64,000 nt of DNA, from assembly GCA_021817325.1 (NCBI GenBank), contig JAKAVK010000013.1, forward strand, positions 7,651 through 71,650. The letters are read 5' to 3'. Positions 28,750 through 37,446 of the stretch are shown here, piece by piece. The position numbers and the translations under genes were made by a program. A model generated the notes under the pieces. It did not search any database. It worked only from the letters and a program-made list of their open reading frames with translations, and was not told where the DNA came from. Origin of the DNA: Candidatus Micrarchaeota archaeon. Lineage in GTDB: Archaea > Micrarchaeota > Micrarchaeia > Micrarchaeales > CABMGC01. Each line of letters starts with the position of its first letter. The first letter of the stretch is position 1.

Positions 28750-28759
28750 GGTATAAATC
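28750..28759 (+). promoter_or_regulatory. TATA-like box for the GGCT-like gene
   Basis: ggtataaatc, 17-26 nt upstream of ATG 28776. Confidence 0.4.
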
Positions 28760-28775
28760 TCCCAACCTCTAATAT

Positions 28776-29369
28776 ATGGCGATGGAGAAGCTGAAACGGG
28801 AAGCAAGGCAGGGGATAAAGGACTATATGCTTGCCGAATTCCGTAGGGGGGTCTTCATCTTCGTGTACGAGAGCGACCTGTATGCGAGACTCGAGGAGCA
28901 TGCGCGTGGCCGTTTGCGGGAAAAGGCCATCGCATCCGCGTATTTGCCAGGGAGGTGGTTTATCTTTCCTGCGTGGTCGCATCACTGGCAGTGCGGTATC
29001 GCCAGCCTAGGAAGCTCCAAAGATAGGAACCTGTGGGGCACAATATTCGAGATCAACGCCGAGCAGCTCGCAGCGCTTGATAGCCAGGCTACTTGGAACG
29101 GGGTAACATACAATCGGATACAGCTCCACGAGCTGCACACTGCAGACAACAAGCCATTCGCAGATCATGTATATACTTACGTCGCAATTGCGCAGGGCAA
29201 TGGCGAATTCAAGCCGAATGCAGCCTATCTGTCTTCGATAAAGGAGAGCGCGATAGCCTACTCCCTACCCTCTGAACATGTCGATGCGATAGACGCGATG
29301 ATGGCTGTGCCAGACGAGATGGGCGAAGGTGTGCAAGGCGGTGAAAGCACACATGCCCGCAGGCACTAG
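28776..29369 (+). CDS. Gamma-glutamylcyclotransferase-like (AIG2/GGCT fold) protein
   Basis: VFIFVYESDL (cf. FVYGSL), LWGTIFEINAEQLAALD, YNRIQLHELH match the AIG2/GGACT-like pattern. Confidence 0.6.
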   Translation: MAMEKLKREARQGIKDYMLAEFRRGVFIFVYESDLYARLEEHARGRLREKAIASAYLPGRWFIFPAWSHHWQCGIASLGSSKDRNLWGTIFEINAEQLAALDSQATWNGVTYNRIQLHELHTADNKPFADHVYTYVAIAQGNGEFKPNAAYLSSIKESAIAYSLPSEHVDAIDAMMAVPDEMGEGVQGGESTHARRH

Positions 29370-30667
29370 AGCTGCCTTAGCGCTTCTATCGGTTCCATCT
29401 TCGATGCCCTCCACGCTGGATAAATGCCAGCGATTGCACTGACGCCTATGGCAACAACAAGGGCCTCTATTATCGTAGAAACAGTAAGCACCGGGCTGAA
29501 CGAGAGCGATGTGCTGCTGCCTGGGGAGCCCCCCGCACCGCTTCCTATTATCACTCCTCCTCCGCCCCCTTCCCGCGGTCTGCTAGGCGTACCGCTAGCT
29601 GTCCCAGTAGAGTTTGGTGATGACCCTGAATGGGATGCCAGTGTGCTTAGGGTATAGGAACCGCCCATGCCAACTGCAATGCCTATGACTCCCCCCACAA
29701 CTCCTATGAGCAGTGCCTGCGTGAGGAAGAGTGAGAGCACCTGTCTGTTCGTAAAACCCAGCGACTTCATTATGCCTATCTCATGAGTCCGTTCCATCAC
29801 CGACATGAGCATGATATTCATTATGCCTACCGCAGCCACCAGCAGGGATATGCCAGCGACAACAACAAGCAGGAATGTTATCGAGCCGACTATCTGGTTG
29901 ACCTGCTGCGCTATCTGCTGGGTGCTGAATACGTTTGCGTTATTTCCGTATATGTTGGTCAGCGTTGTAGTCAGAGCCCCAACCTGGCTGGCGTTATCAG
30001 CCTTGACTAGTATTATATTGAACGAGGTCCTGTGCAGCAGCTCCTCAGCGGCTTGAAGCGACATCAGTATCGAGGTATCGACAGGTACTATGAGACTGCT
30101 GTAAGGCTGCAGCACCCCAACCACAGGTATTGTATACGTTGTTCCTCCAGTCCTCCCGGCATTGATCGTAAGCGCTGCAGGCTGGCCTGGGGAGACCTTC
30201 TGGATGCCACCGCTCGTAGAGGGAAAGGCGACGCTGTGCCCGAGTATCGCTGAAGGCGTTAAGGTGTCATTGTACACTGTCCCCGAATAGAGGTTCACTT
30301 CGCTGAGTAGGCCTACAAGTCCCTGTTCCGATATGCCTACCACAGTGACCGATGTATTTACCCCAGCCGCTGTGAATGTTCCTGACCCTTCAACTACCGG
30401 CGTGACAGAGCTCACGTTAGGGAGCGAGGCTATGCCCTCGGTATCAGTGAGCGTGAAGCCTGTTGGCCTGTTAGAGGACAATATTATGGATGTCGGACCG
30501 AGAGTATTTAGGGAATCCTGTATGCTTGCACTTATTCCAGCTGTGAGGGAGATCAGTGCGACTATCGCAGCTACCCCTATGACAACCATAAGTATCGTGA
30601 GGGCTGTCCTGACCCTCTTCTCGCCGAGGTCCTTGTACCCCAGCCAGAGGGTGTCTTCTATCCTCAT
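29366..30667 (-). CDS. ABC transporter permease, MacB/FtsX type
   Basis: TM1, large extracytoplasmic domain, then three C-terminal TMs (MERTHEIGIMKSLGF...). 4-nt overlap (ATGA) with the upstream gene. Gly/Ser-rich insertion PREGGGGGVIIGSGAGGSPGSS. Confidence 0.85.
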   Translation of the reverse strand: MRIEDTLWLGYKDLGEKRVRTALTILMVVIGVAAIVALISLTAGISASIQDSLNTLGPTSIILSSNRPTGFTLTDTEGIASLPNVSSVTPVVEGSGTFTAAGVNTSVTVVGISEQGLVGLLSEVNLYSGTVYNDTLTPSAILGHSVAFPSTSGGIQKVSPGQPAALTINAGRTGGTTYTIPVVGVLQPYSSLIVPVDTSILMSLQAAEELLHRTSFNIILVKADNASQVGALTTTLTNIYGNNANVFSTQQIAQQVNQIVGSITFLLVVVAGISLLVAAVGIMNIMLMSVMERTHEIGIMKSLGFTNRQVLSLFLTQALLIGVVGGVIGIAVGMGGSYTLSTLASHSGSSPNSTGTASGTPSRPREGGGGGVIIGSGAGGSPGSSTSLSFSPVLTVSTIIEALVVAIGVSAIAGIYPAWRASKMEPIEALRQL

Positions 30668-31905
30668 TTAGCACGCCTTCTCTCCCTGATAAGAAGAACA
30701 AGCAGAACAATCACCAGCACTATCAGTATAAGGATGACGAGCCCTCCTCCGCCCCCTCCTCTGGCCCTGGCGATCTGCGTGTAGTTTATTGCCTGCGCCT
30801 CGCCAAGTACTACTGATGTATTGGCCCATGTGGTAACGCTCTGCCTTAAGCCATTCATGTAACTGACCTTTATCGGTATGCTGTAACTACCGCTCTTTAC
30901 AGAATTGCTGGCTATGAGCGATACTGTCACCGGCGTCTGCGTATCGACCCCTATGCTGCCTACAAATACTGTATTTGTGCCATAAGAAGTGAAACCCGCT
31001 GGCGGAATCGGAGTTACTGTGACTGCTGATGCCGCAGAAGTGCCGGTGTTTGTCAGGATGAATGATATGGAGAAGACCGACTGCGGCGTAGGTACTGCAG
31101 GAGAAGTCGTGAAGCTTGATGGCGACATGCTTATGACTCCGCTTGCAAGGAACTGCCCATAAATCGCCGCCTGCTGAAGGCTTGTGCCATTGTAATAGCT
31201 CGCGGTCACGTTAAGCGGTACTGACTGCGATGCATTGCGCGATATATAGACGCTTTCATTCACGCGCATTGTCGTGTGCGGTGCGAGTGTTGTTATCTGC
31301 AGCGGCTGTGGGCTGAGCCACGCTCCATCGATGCCAGGCAGCGTGAAGATAACAGATATGCTGTTTATAGGAATGGCTCCGGTATTTGTAAGGTTCAGTG
31401 CCATGTTCTGTATTACGCCAGCCGTAAGCACCTGCGGGCTGAGGGAGACGGACAGCGGCTGTGGGCATGTCTGCGTTGCAAAACTGGTGTTCCTGACCTC
31501 GTAATCAGAGTACAGCGTGTTGTAATAGTAGTTTATGGTTATTCCTCCGAAGACCAGCTCGGAAACATTTGCAGATACAAAGACCGGCAGATAAACAGTC
31601 TCCGACTGGCCGGGCCTGAGGTCCCTGCCCGCAACCGTGCCGTTTCCCGACTCATAAAGCCCCTTCACTCCGGGTGCAAGACCTACGGTTATGGACGACA
31701 TTGTCGCTTGGGTTACAGAGCCTCCGTTAGTGATGTTTATAGGTATATAATTGGTCATCCCCCTGCACAGCGTCGTTGTCTGCGTAGTCAGGCGGAAGCT
31801 TGGCGGGTTCGGTATAGGCGCGGGTCCACTAAGTGTGGCAAACGCCAAAGGTACGATCATGCATACGGCAATCAGGCTCAGCAATCCAAATCTCATTCGT
31901 ATCAC
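30664..31905 (-). CDS. Secreted surface protein with repeated beta-rich (CARDB/COG1361-like) domains and a C-terminal anchor
   Basis: Signal peptide MRFGLLSLIAVCMIVPLAFA. Many N-x-S/T sequons. C-terminus RGGGGGGLVILILIVLVIVLLVLLIRERRRAK. GTG at 31905 or ATG at 31896. Confidence 0.7.
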   Translation of the reverse strand: MIRMRFGLLSLIAVCMIVPLAFATLSGPAPIPNPPSFRLTTQTTTLCRGMTNYIPINITNGGSVTQATMSSITVGLAPGVKGLYESGNGTVAGRDLRPGQSETVYLPVFVSANVSELVFGGITINYYYNTLYSDYEVRNTSFATQTCPQPLSVSLSPQVLTAGVIQNMALNLTNTGAIPINSISVIFTLPGIDGAWLSPQPLQITTLAPHTTMRVNESVYISRNASQSVPLNVTASYYNGTSLQQAAIYGQFLASGVISMSPSSFTTSPAVPTPQSVFSISFILTNTGTSAASAVTVTPIPPAGFTSYGTNTVFVGSIGVDTQTPVTVSLIASNSVKSGSYSIPIKVSYMNGLRQSVTTWANTSVVLGEAQAINYTQIARARGGGGGGLVILILIVLVIVLLVLLIRERRRAK

Positions 31906-32597
31906 TTGTTTATTTGTTCTCTCTCAAGCTTCCCATCCCTTATGTGTATCACTCTATCACAGCGTTTAGTAAGGTCTGGGTTATGCGTTATCATAACAAT
32001 GGTAACTTTACCTCCGCTGCTTATATCCTTAAGCAGCTTCACTACCTCATCTCCAGACTTGGTATCCAGGTTTCCCGTCGGTTCATCTGCAAGTATCAGC
32101 GTAGGATCATTGATCAGCGCTCTTGCAACGGCAACTCTCTGCTGCTCTCCACCACTCAACTGCGTAGGCTTGAGTTGTAGACGGTTTCCAAGGCCAAGCC
32201 TAGTCAGCAGCGCATCGGCCTTCTTCTTCCTCTGCGCCTCCGATACCCCTTCAACCATCAGCGGGAGCGCCACATTCCTTTCCGCATCAAGTCCATTGAT
32301 CAGGTTGAAGGCCTGAAACACAAAACCAAGTTTCCTGTTACGGAATTCGGCAAGCTGGCTGCCTGTCATCTTCGATGTCTCAATGCCATCTATGTACACC
32401 TGCCCCGTGGTCGGCTTGTCTATGGTGCCCAATATGTTCATCAGTGTGGACTTGCCGCTTCCTGATGGTCCTACTATTGCCGCGAATTCACCTTCCTTAA
32501 GCGCAAACGAGACATTGTCGAGCGCATTGACTTGTATATCCCCAGACTTGTATACCTTGGTGATATTGCTAACCTTAACAGAATAATCAGAAGGCAT
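31902..32597 (-). CDS. ABC transporter ATP-binding protein (MacB/LolD-like)
   Basis: Walker A GPSGSGKSTLMN, signature LSGGEQQRVAVARAL, Walker B LILADEPTGNLD. ATG at 32597 (the track start at 32624 is TTG). Confidence 0.92.
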   Translation of the reverse strand: MPSDYSVKVSNITKVYKSGDIQVNALDNVSFALKEGEFAAIVGPSGSGKSTLMNILGTIDKPTTGQVYIDGIETSKMTGSQLAEFRNRKLGFVFQAFNLINGLDAERNVALPLMVEGVSEAQRKKKADALLTRLGLGNRLQLKPTQLSGGEQQRVAVARALINDPTLILADEPTGNLDTKSGDEVVKLLKDISSGGKVTIVMITHNPDLTKRCDRVIHIRDGKLEREQINK

Positions 32598-32724
32598 GGA
32601 TAACAATATGGGATTTGAGAGCAACTAATTAAATACCTTTCCTGTTTATTTCGCAATGTATCTTTCGTGTTTCATTTCGTTTTTTAAAAACGAAGTATAT
32701 GGAAACAAATAAAATAACAGCTGC

Positions 32725-32735
32725 AAATATATAAA
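32725..32735 (+). promoter_or_regulatory. TATA-like box upstream of the membrane-tethered wHTH gene
   Basis: aaatatataaa, about 52-62 nt upstream of the TTG start at 32787. Confidence 0.35.
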
Positions 32736-32786
32736 CGGGCTGATTTTACGAGCAAGCAGGGGGACACAAAGAAAAGGATAGTTGAA

Positions 32787-34232
32787 TTGATCGCAGCTGG
32801 AGACGACTCCTTGACCAAGATATGCGCAAGGCTGCAAATGGCTCCATCGACGATCAGCAAGCACCTCCACGACCTTGAAGAGACAGGCGTAATACATCAG
32901 AGGGAGGACAACCACTTGAAAAAGTGGAAATATTACGAACTCGCATCGGCTCCTGTAAGCCAGAAGATATGGATGCCAAACGCCGGTTTTCTAACAACCA
33001 AACGCCCTTCTGTAGTAGCCGGAGCCGGGGTAGCCGCCGTGCTAATAGTGGCATACGCACTGTTCTACCTGTCCCAGCAGAATGCCTATACCTATGTTCC
33101 AATAAGCTTGACTGATCCTCCGCAGGTGCCTGCAGGCACCCAGGCACTATACATCAACTACTCGTCGCTCAGCATACTTGCCATGTCCCATGGCTCTTAC
33201 GAATGGATACCTACGAATGCCAGCGGAAGCATAAACCTGCTGGGTCTTGTAAATACAAGCCAGATAATAGGCGATGTGGGTCTCAGTCCGAATGCCGCAG
33301 TTAAGGCTGTAAGATTCAACATAAGTTCCGGGGAGATAGTGGTGGATAACATAACATACCCTGTTTATATGGTCGACAGGCAGATAACAGCGTCAATCGG
33401 AAGCAATGCTAGGATCAATTCATCTTCAGACATAATGCTTGACTTCTCTCCCACCGTTACCACAGCATACGATCAAAATACGACCCTGTTTGTGATGCTA
33501 CCGTCACTGCAGGCTGTGATGGTGAGTGCAGGCAGATTCGACACTAGGCTAAAATCCGGAAACATCTCATATTTGCAGGAGCGCCATCCCCTTCCGCCAT
33601 CGCTTTTAGCTTTGTTCGGGAAAAACAACACCAGTATCAAGATCACAAATATCTCATTATCTACTTCTGCAGGAGTCACCAGACTAAACATCACAATGGA
33701 GAATACGGGGAAAACAAACACCACTGTATTCGGCATGGCGCTTATGGGATTGGGTGCATTATACGGTGCATCAAATGAGATTGCTGTAGACAATGGGATA
33801 ATAGAGAAAGCAGACAATTCAACAATATCTATTAATACAACAAAGCTATGCAATCTAGGCGATGGCCACAGGCCAATAATTATAGATGCGCCGCGGGATA
33901 AGGTTGACATATTGGTATGCGGATTCGGGGACAATGCATCCGCAGCGCTGATACGCGCCAGGCTCTATTCCGCAATAACAGAATTGGGACCAATGCAGCT
34001 TAATTTTATCACCAACCATAATAATAGAACGCTCGCATTGCTGTTCCAATCAGATAGGCCCTCTGGCAACAATGGATATGTAATACCTGCAGGTTCCTCC
34101 ATCACTTTCAGGTACACTGGCACGCTGCCGTCCGGTCTGGAGAAGACATTGAATAACTCCAACATGAGCAACCTATCGGTGGCAGTTCTCACCAACGAGG
34201 GGGTCTATCGTTCAGATATGCTCGGCGGCTGA
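32787..34232 (+). CDS. Membrane-tethered ArsR-type wHTH protein with a large extracytoplasmic DUF4382-like domain
   Basis: N-terminus SLTKICARLQMAPSTISKHLHDLEETGVIHQRE (ArsR recognition helix), one TM (VVAGAGVAAVLIVAYALFYL), then ISLTDPPQVPAGTQALYINYSS...INLLGLVN..., which resembles DUF4382. TTG start. Confidence 0.7.
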   Translation: MIAAGDDSLTKICARLQMAPSTISKHLHDLEETGVIHQREDNHLKKWKYYELASAPVSQKIWMPNAGFLTTKRPSVVAGAGVAAVLIVAYALFYLSQQNAYTYVPISLTDPPQVPAGTQALYINYSSLSILAMSHGSYEWIPTNASGSINLLGLVNTSQIIGDVGLSPNAAVKAVRFNISSGEIVVDNITYPVYMVDRQITASIGSNARINSSSDIMLDFSPTVTTAYDQNTTLFVMLPSLQAVMVSAGRFDTRLKSGNISYLQERHPLPPSLLALFGKNNTSIKITNISLSTSAGVTRLNITMENTGKTNTTVFGMALMGLGALYGASNEIAVDNGIIEKADNSTISINTTKLCNLGDGHRPIIIDAPRDKVDILVCGFGDNASAALIRARLYSAITELGPMQLNFITNHNNRTLALLFQSDRPSGNNGYVIPAGSSITFRYTGTLPSGLEKTLNNSNMSNLSVAVLTNEGVYRSDMLGG

Positions 34233-34309
34233 CCTGCATATGTGCTGATGAATACCAATAGACCGGGTATACCAAAACAAATCAATCTCCCATACCTATG
34301 CTTATGGTT

Positions 34310-34427
34310 TGGCGGGGGCGAGATTTGAACACGCGACCTCCAGATTTCTTAGTCATAGCAAATTGCTCCTCACTCATGAAGCTGGGCTTATGAGTCTGGC
34401 GCTCTAACCAGGCTGAGCTACCCCGCC
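34310..34427 (-). tRNA. tRNA-Met/Ile2 (anticodon CAT) with a ~43-nt intron at the canonical 37/38 site
   Basis: Reverse complement: GGCGGGG-TA-GCTC-AGCCTGGTTA-GAGC-G-CCAGA-CTCATAA[intron]TCTGG-AGGTC-GCGTG-TTCAAAT-CTCGC-CCCCGCC-A. G1:C72 and the non-GGG anticodon stem argue against an initiator. One U:U mismatch in the T-stem. Confidence 0.85.
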
Positions 34428-34608
34428 AAGGTTACAGAGATGTCTATATACGGGAATGCATAAAAGGATACCATATAATAGGATGTTCAAAGTTATAATA
34501 TATGCGGCTAATCACGCACTGAATTTGCAGGATGGCACACGCAGCAAGGGCCAGCTATAATTACGCCATCATTGTCGTAATCCGAGACAATGTTTATATA
34601 GTTCCAAT

Positions 34609-34830
34609 GTGCAAAAACATCATATGAACTGGCTGATGCAGGATGCTGTTGTACATGCATCCGACGCGGCATTCAGGTTCGTGAAGCGCGGCGGAGGATT
34701 TGATACCACAGAAGCCGCGGAGCTAGTTTTGGGAGCCGCATCCGGTGCTATGGCTATAATGAGGGCTGGATCGCTGCTGCGCTCGCACCGCAACAAACGC
34801 ATATACAAGAGGCTCAAAAGGGACCGCTAG
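34609..34830 (+). CDS. Small hypothetical protein (73 aa, or 68 aa from ATG 34624)
   Basis: Track ORF only. Basic C-terminus RNKRIYKRLKRDR. No homology recognised. Confidence 0.3.
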   Translation: MQKHHMNWLMQDAVVHASDAAFRFVKRGGGFDTTEAAELVLGAASGAMAIMRAGSLLRSHRNKRIYKRLKRDR

Positions 34831-34837
34831 TGTAAAT

Positions 34838-35731
34838 CTATGCTAGGCTTAGTACCAATGCCCCTGCCACCATTATTACAAAACCAACCAGCTGAGAGTC
34901 GGTCAACTTGTCCTTGTATATCAATAACCCTCCAATAAATGCGGCAGCCATGGGAGTTAGCGCGGTAAGGGCACTGCCTATCGCTAGCGCATTTGTGCCG
35001 GTCACATATGAAAATAGGAAATCACCGCTGGCATCTACCATTGCTGCCAGTGCAAGCAGGAACACGATCATATACTTTCCAGATCCTGCAGTCGCGCCGA
35101 ATTTCCTGCCTATATAACTGCGCATCTCCTTCCTCTTTATTGCCAAGTATGCAAGCGCTACGCCTGCACCTGCGGCTCTCGATACGATCACCGGCAGCGC
35201 GAATGCGCCGCCTGCACCAGTCACTGCATATGTTAAGATTATCCAGTAGATGGACCACGAGAGAACCGCGAAGGTTGCAGGAATCAGCCTTCTGTTTATC
35301 CTGAAACCCCCGACGGATATCATGAAGAAAGCACCGGCGAATATTGCGACCATGCTCAACGCCTGTATCATATTCACGTGTTCGCCGAGTGCGAACAGGC
35401 CAAAAAGCACAAGAATTGCGGGCGTCATCTCATTCAGTACTACTGTGTTTGTAAGTTGTTCGGTCTGCAATGACCTATATATTAGAATAAAACCGACTGC
35501 TAGGAAGATGCCTGAGATCGACGCGAGCACAGCAGAGGAGAGCGGAATTGTCCAAGAGCCAACAAGTGTAGCCCCGATGATCATCGGGATTATGCCAAGC
35601 GGTACGACTATGGCAGCGGCGGCCACGCTGCCCATATCAACACTCGCTTTTTTGGATATGATGTTGGATATCGTCCAGAATGCCGCAGCGCCGAATGCGG
35701 CTAGGATTGGCAGATTCTGCAAGGGCCTCAC
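34838..35731 (-). CDS. EamA/DMT-superfamily transporter
   Basis: 297 aa, about 10 TM helices in two similar halves. Typical EamA length and topology. Confidence 0.8.
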   Translation of the reverse strand: MRPLQNLPILAAFGAAAFWTISNIISKKASVDMGSVAAAAIVVPLGIIPMIIGATLVGSWTIPLSSAVLASISGIFLAVGFILIYRSLQTEQLTNTVVLNEMTPAILVLFGLFALGEHVNMIQALSMVAIFAGAFFMISVGGFRINRRLIPATFAVLSWSIYWIILTYAVTGAGGAFALPVIVSRAAGAGVALAYLAIKRKEMRSYIGRKFGATAGSGKYMIVFLLALAAMVDASGDFLFSYVTGTNALAIGSALTALTPMAAAFIGGLLIYKDKLTDSQLVGFVIMVAGALVLSLA

Positions 35732-35808
35732 CCCGGTGCCTACCGGGCAGATAGATAGTAGGCAGTGCGAACATTATATAATAGGACGCTGCCAATAAGG
35801 TATCATAT

Positions 35809-35881
35809 GGCCTTGGTAGTGTAACGGCTCGCATAGAGGACTGTGGATCCTCAGGACCGGGTTCGACTCCCGGCCTAGGCC
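35809..35881 (+). tRNA. tRNA-His (anticodon GTG) with genomically encoded G-1
   Basis: G(-1)-GCCTTGG-TA-GTGT-AACGGCTC-GCAT-A-GAGGA-CTGTGGA-TCCTC-AGGAC-CCGGG-TTCGACT-CCCGG-CCTAGGC-C73. G-1:C73 is the His identity element. Confidence 0.9.
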
Positions 35882-36364
35882 CTTGCCGATATCTCATTTC
35901 CGACTGCGCACGAACCTGGGATAATGCGCTGCACAGATGCTGCCTAGATAGCCCCCCGGCACGCTATGCCATAAAAAATGCGGAATCATAAGGTATGCTT
36001 ATAGCACATCCGCCTTTCTCATGTTATATATATTTTTGGAATATTGTAGCATCAATCGAGGGTTCTGACTTGGACAATGAATACCAGCTTATAGTGCTGC
36101 TCATCATATACTATCTGCGATCGCCATACTAAACATGTACCTAACACAGGGTCCCTCATGGGATCTTGTAGCCCACTATCTCAATTCCAGGAGTTTCCTC
36201 ACGCAGATGTTTGCATCAAGGTGGCCTTGACCAGGACAGAATCGCATACAGCGGCAACAGATTTTACATCGCACTGCCGCCAAATGCAAACCGCGTCAGA
36301 TAGGCAATCAACAGATTATTAAGTACCGATGGCGCAATATAAATGACAATATAAGTGCGGTTAT

Positions 36365-37435
36365 ATGAAGTCTAGCATGATCTGGGGTATAATAGGGATA
36401 TGTGTCATAATAGTAATCGTAGTTTCGTATCTATTGCTGGCCAGCCACGGTGTTTCAAATTCCAATAACAAGAGCCAGGGCACAGGCACACTCAATGTGT
36501 CGCAAAATAGGAACACTGGCAGCAGTTCAGGTGGGAATGTTATCTTCGGGGTGACATCTCCTCTCATCAACAAGACCGACCTTCAGGCGGCAAGATCGTA
36601 CGGCATAGAATTCATACGCGCCGACGTGGCCCCCAGCCCGCAATTCAATTCATTCGTGCTCAATGCAACAAGCATGGGATTCAAGATACTGGGCATACTC
36701 GATTACAATACGGTAGGCGCCAAGATAACATCCAGTGGCTGCGTCTCCGGATGCAATTGGACACTGGCAGACTGGAACGCATCAGTATACAATGCAGTCA
36801 GGGCTTACCCTGAGATACACTACTGGGAGATATGGAATGAGCCCCAATTCCCAATCTTTCAGGACGGCTTCCAGGACGGGAGTCCATACAATTACTCGCT
36901 GACCCTAAAGAGCGCGTACAAGATAATAAAAGCCCACAATGCTTCAGACACGGTCGTATGCATGGGCGGCGACAACATATTCGTGTATGGCGGAAACCAG
37001 ACAATGATCGACTACAAGTGGGCCGAGGCCCTCTGGTCATACAATGCGAGCAACTACTGCGACATCGTATCCCTGCACGCGTATTCTGACGGCGCCCCGC
37101 TTAACTACACGATCCCCAAAACAAACCTTACAGTGGGTGAGGTATTCAATGGCAATCTCGATGCCTATGAGAATGTCACAAAGAAGCCGATCTGGATAAC
37201 CGAAGTCGGCATTCCTGCAAATCTGGGCTACGCCTCAAACGGCACACTCTATCAGGAACAATTCCTCAACCAGTCTTTCAGGCTAATGCTCTCCAAGCCT
37301 TACGTGACCGGCATCTTTTGGTTCGACATGGCTGTATACCCCTACAATTCGTCGCAGGTAGACTACGGTCTGTTCAACGGATCGGACTTCAAGCCGCGTC
37401 CGGCGGCATTCGAATTCAAGAGTTTCGCAAAATAG
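36365..37435 (+). CDS. Membrane-anchored clan GH-A glycoside hydrolase (GH5/GH39-like)
   Basis: N-terminal TM, then a TIM-barrel domain with acid/base motif WEIWNEP and nucleophile motif WITEVG. Confidence 0.75.
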   Translation: MKSSMIWGIIGICVIIVIVVSYLLLASHGVSNSNNKSQGTGTLNVSQNRNTGSSSGGNVIFGVTSPLINKTDLQAARSYGIEFIRADVAPSPQFNSFVLNATSMGFKILGILDYNTVGAKITSSGCVSGCNWTLADWNASVYNAVRAYPEIHYWEIWNEPQFPIFQDGFQDGSPYNYSLTLKSAYKIIKAHNASDTVVCMGGDNIFVYGGNQTMIDYKWAEALWSYNASNYCDIVSLHAYSDGAPLNYTIPKTNLTVGEVFNGNLDAYENVTKKPIWITEVGIPANLGYASNGTLYQEQFLNQSFRLMLSKPYVTGIFWFDMAVYPYNSSQVDYGLFNGSDFKPRPAAFEFKSFAK

Positions 37436-37446
37436 GGAGGCGATGC

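Noticed and set aside
31276-32316. 346-aa plus-strand ORF, the longest unexplained ORF in the track
   Set aside because: It is antisense to the well-supported surface-protein and ABC ATPase genes. Its composition is Arg/Cys/Ser/Leu-rich and low-complexity, as expected for a shadow frame, and it has no motifs.
32718-32786. In-frame upstream extension of the wHTH regulator (…DTKKRIVEL) that looks like the first HTH helix
   Set aside because: There is no ATG, GTG or TTG in that stretch, and the TATA-like box lies inside it. I kept the TTG at 32787. A non-canonical start cannot be excluded.
35637-35897. 86-aa minus-strand ORF
   Set aside because: It overlaps tRNA-His completely, and the Pro/Gly/Arg-rich translation is an artefact of the tRNA sequence.
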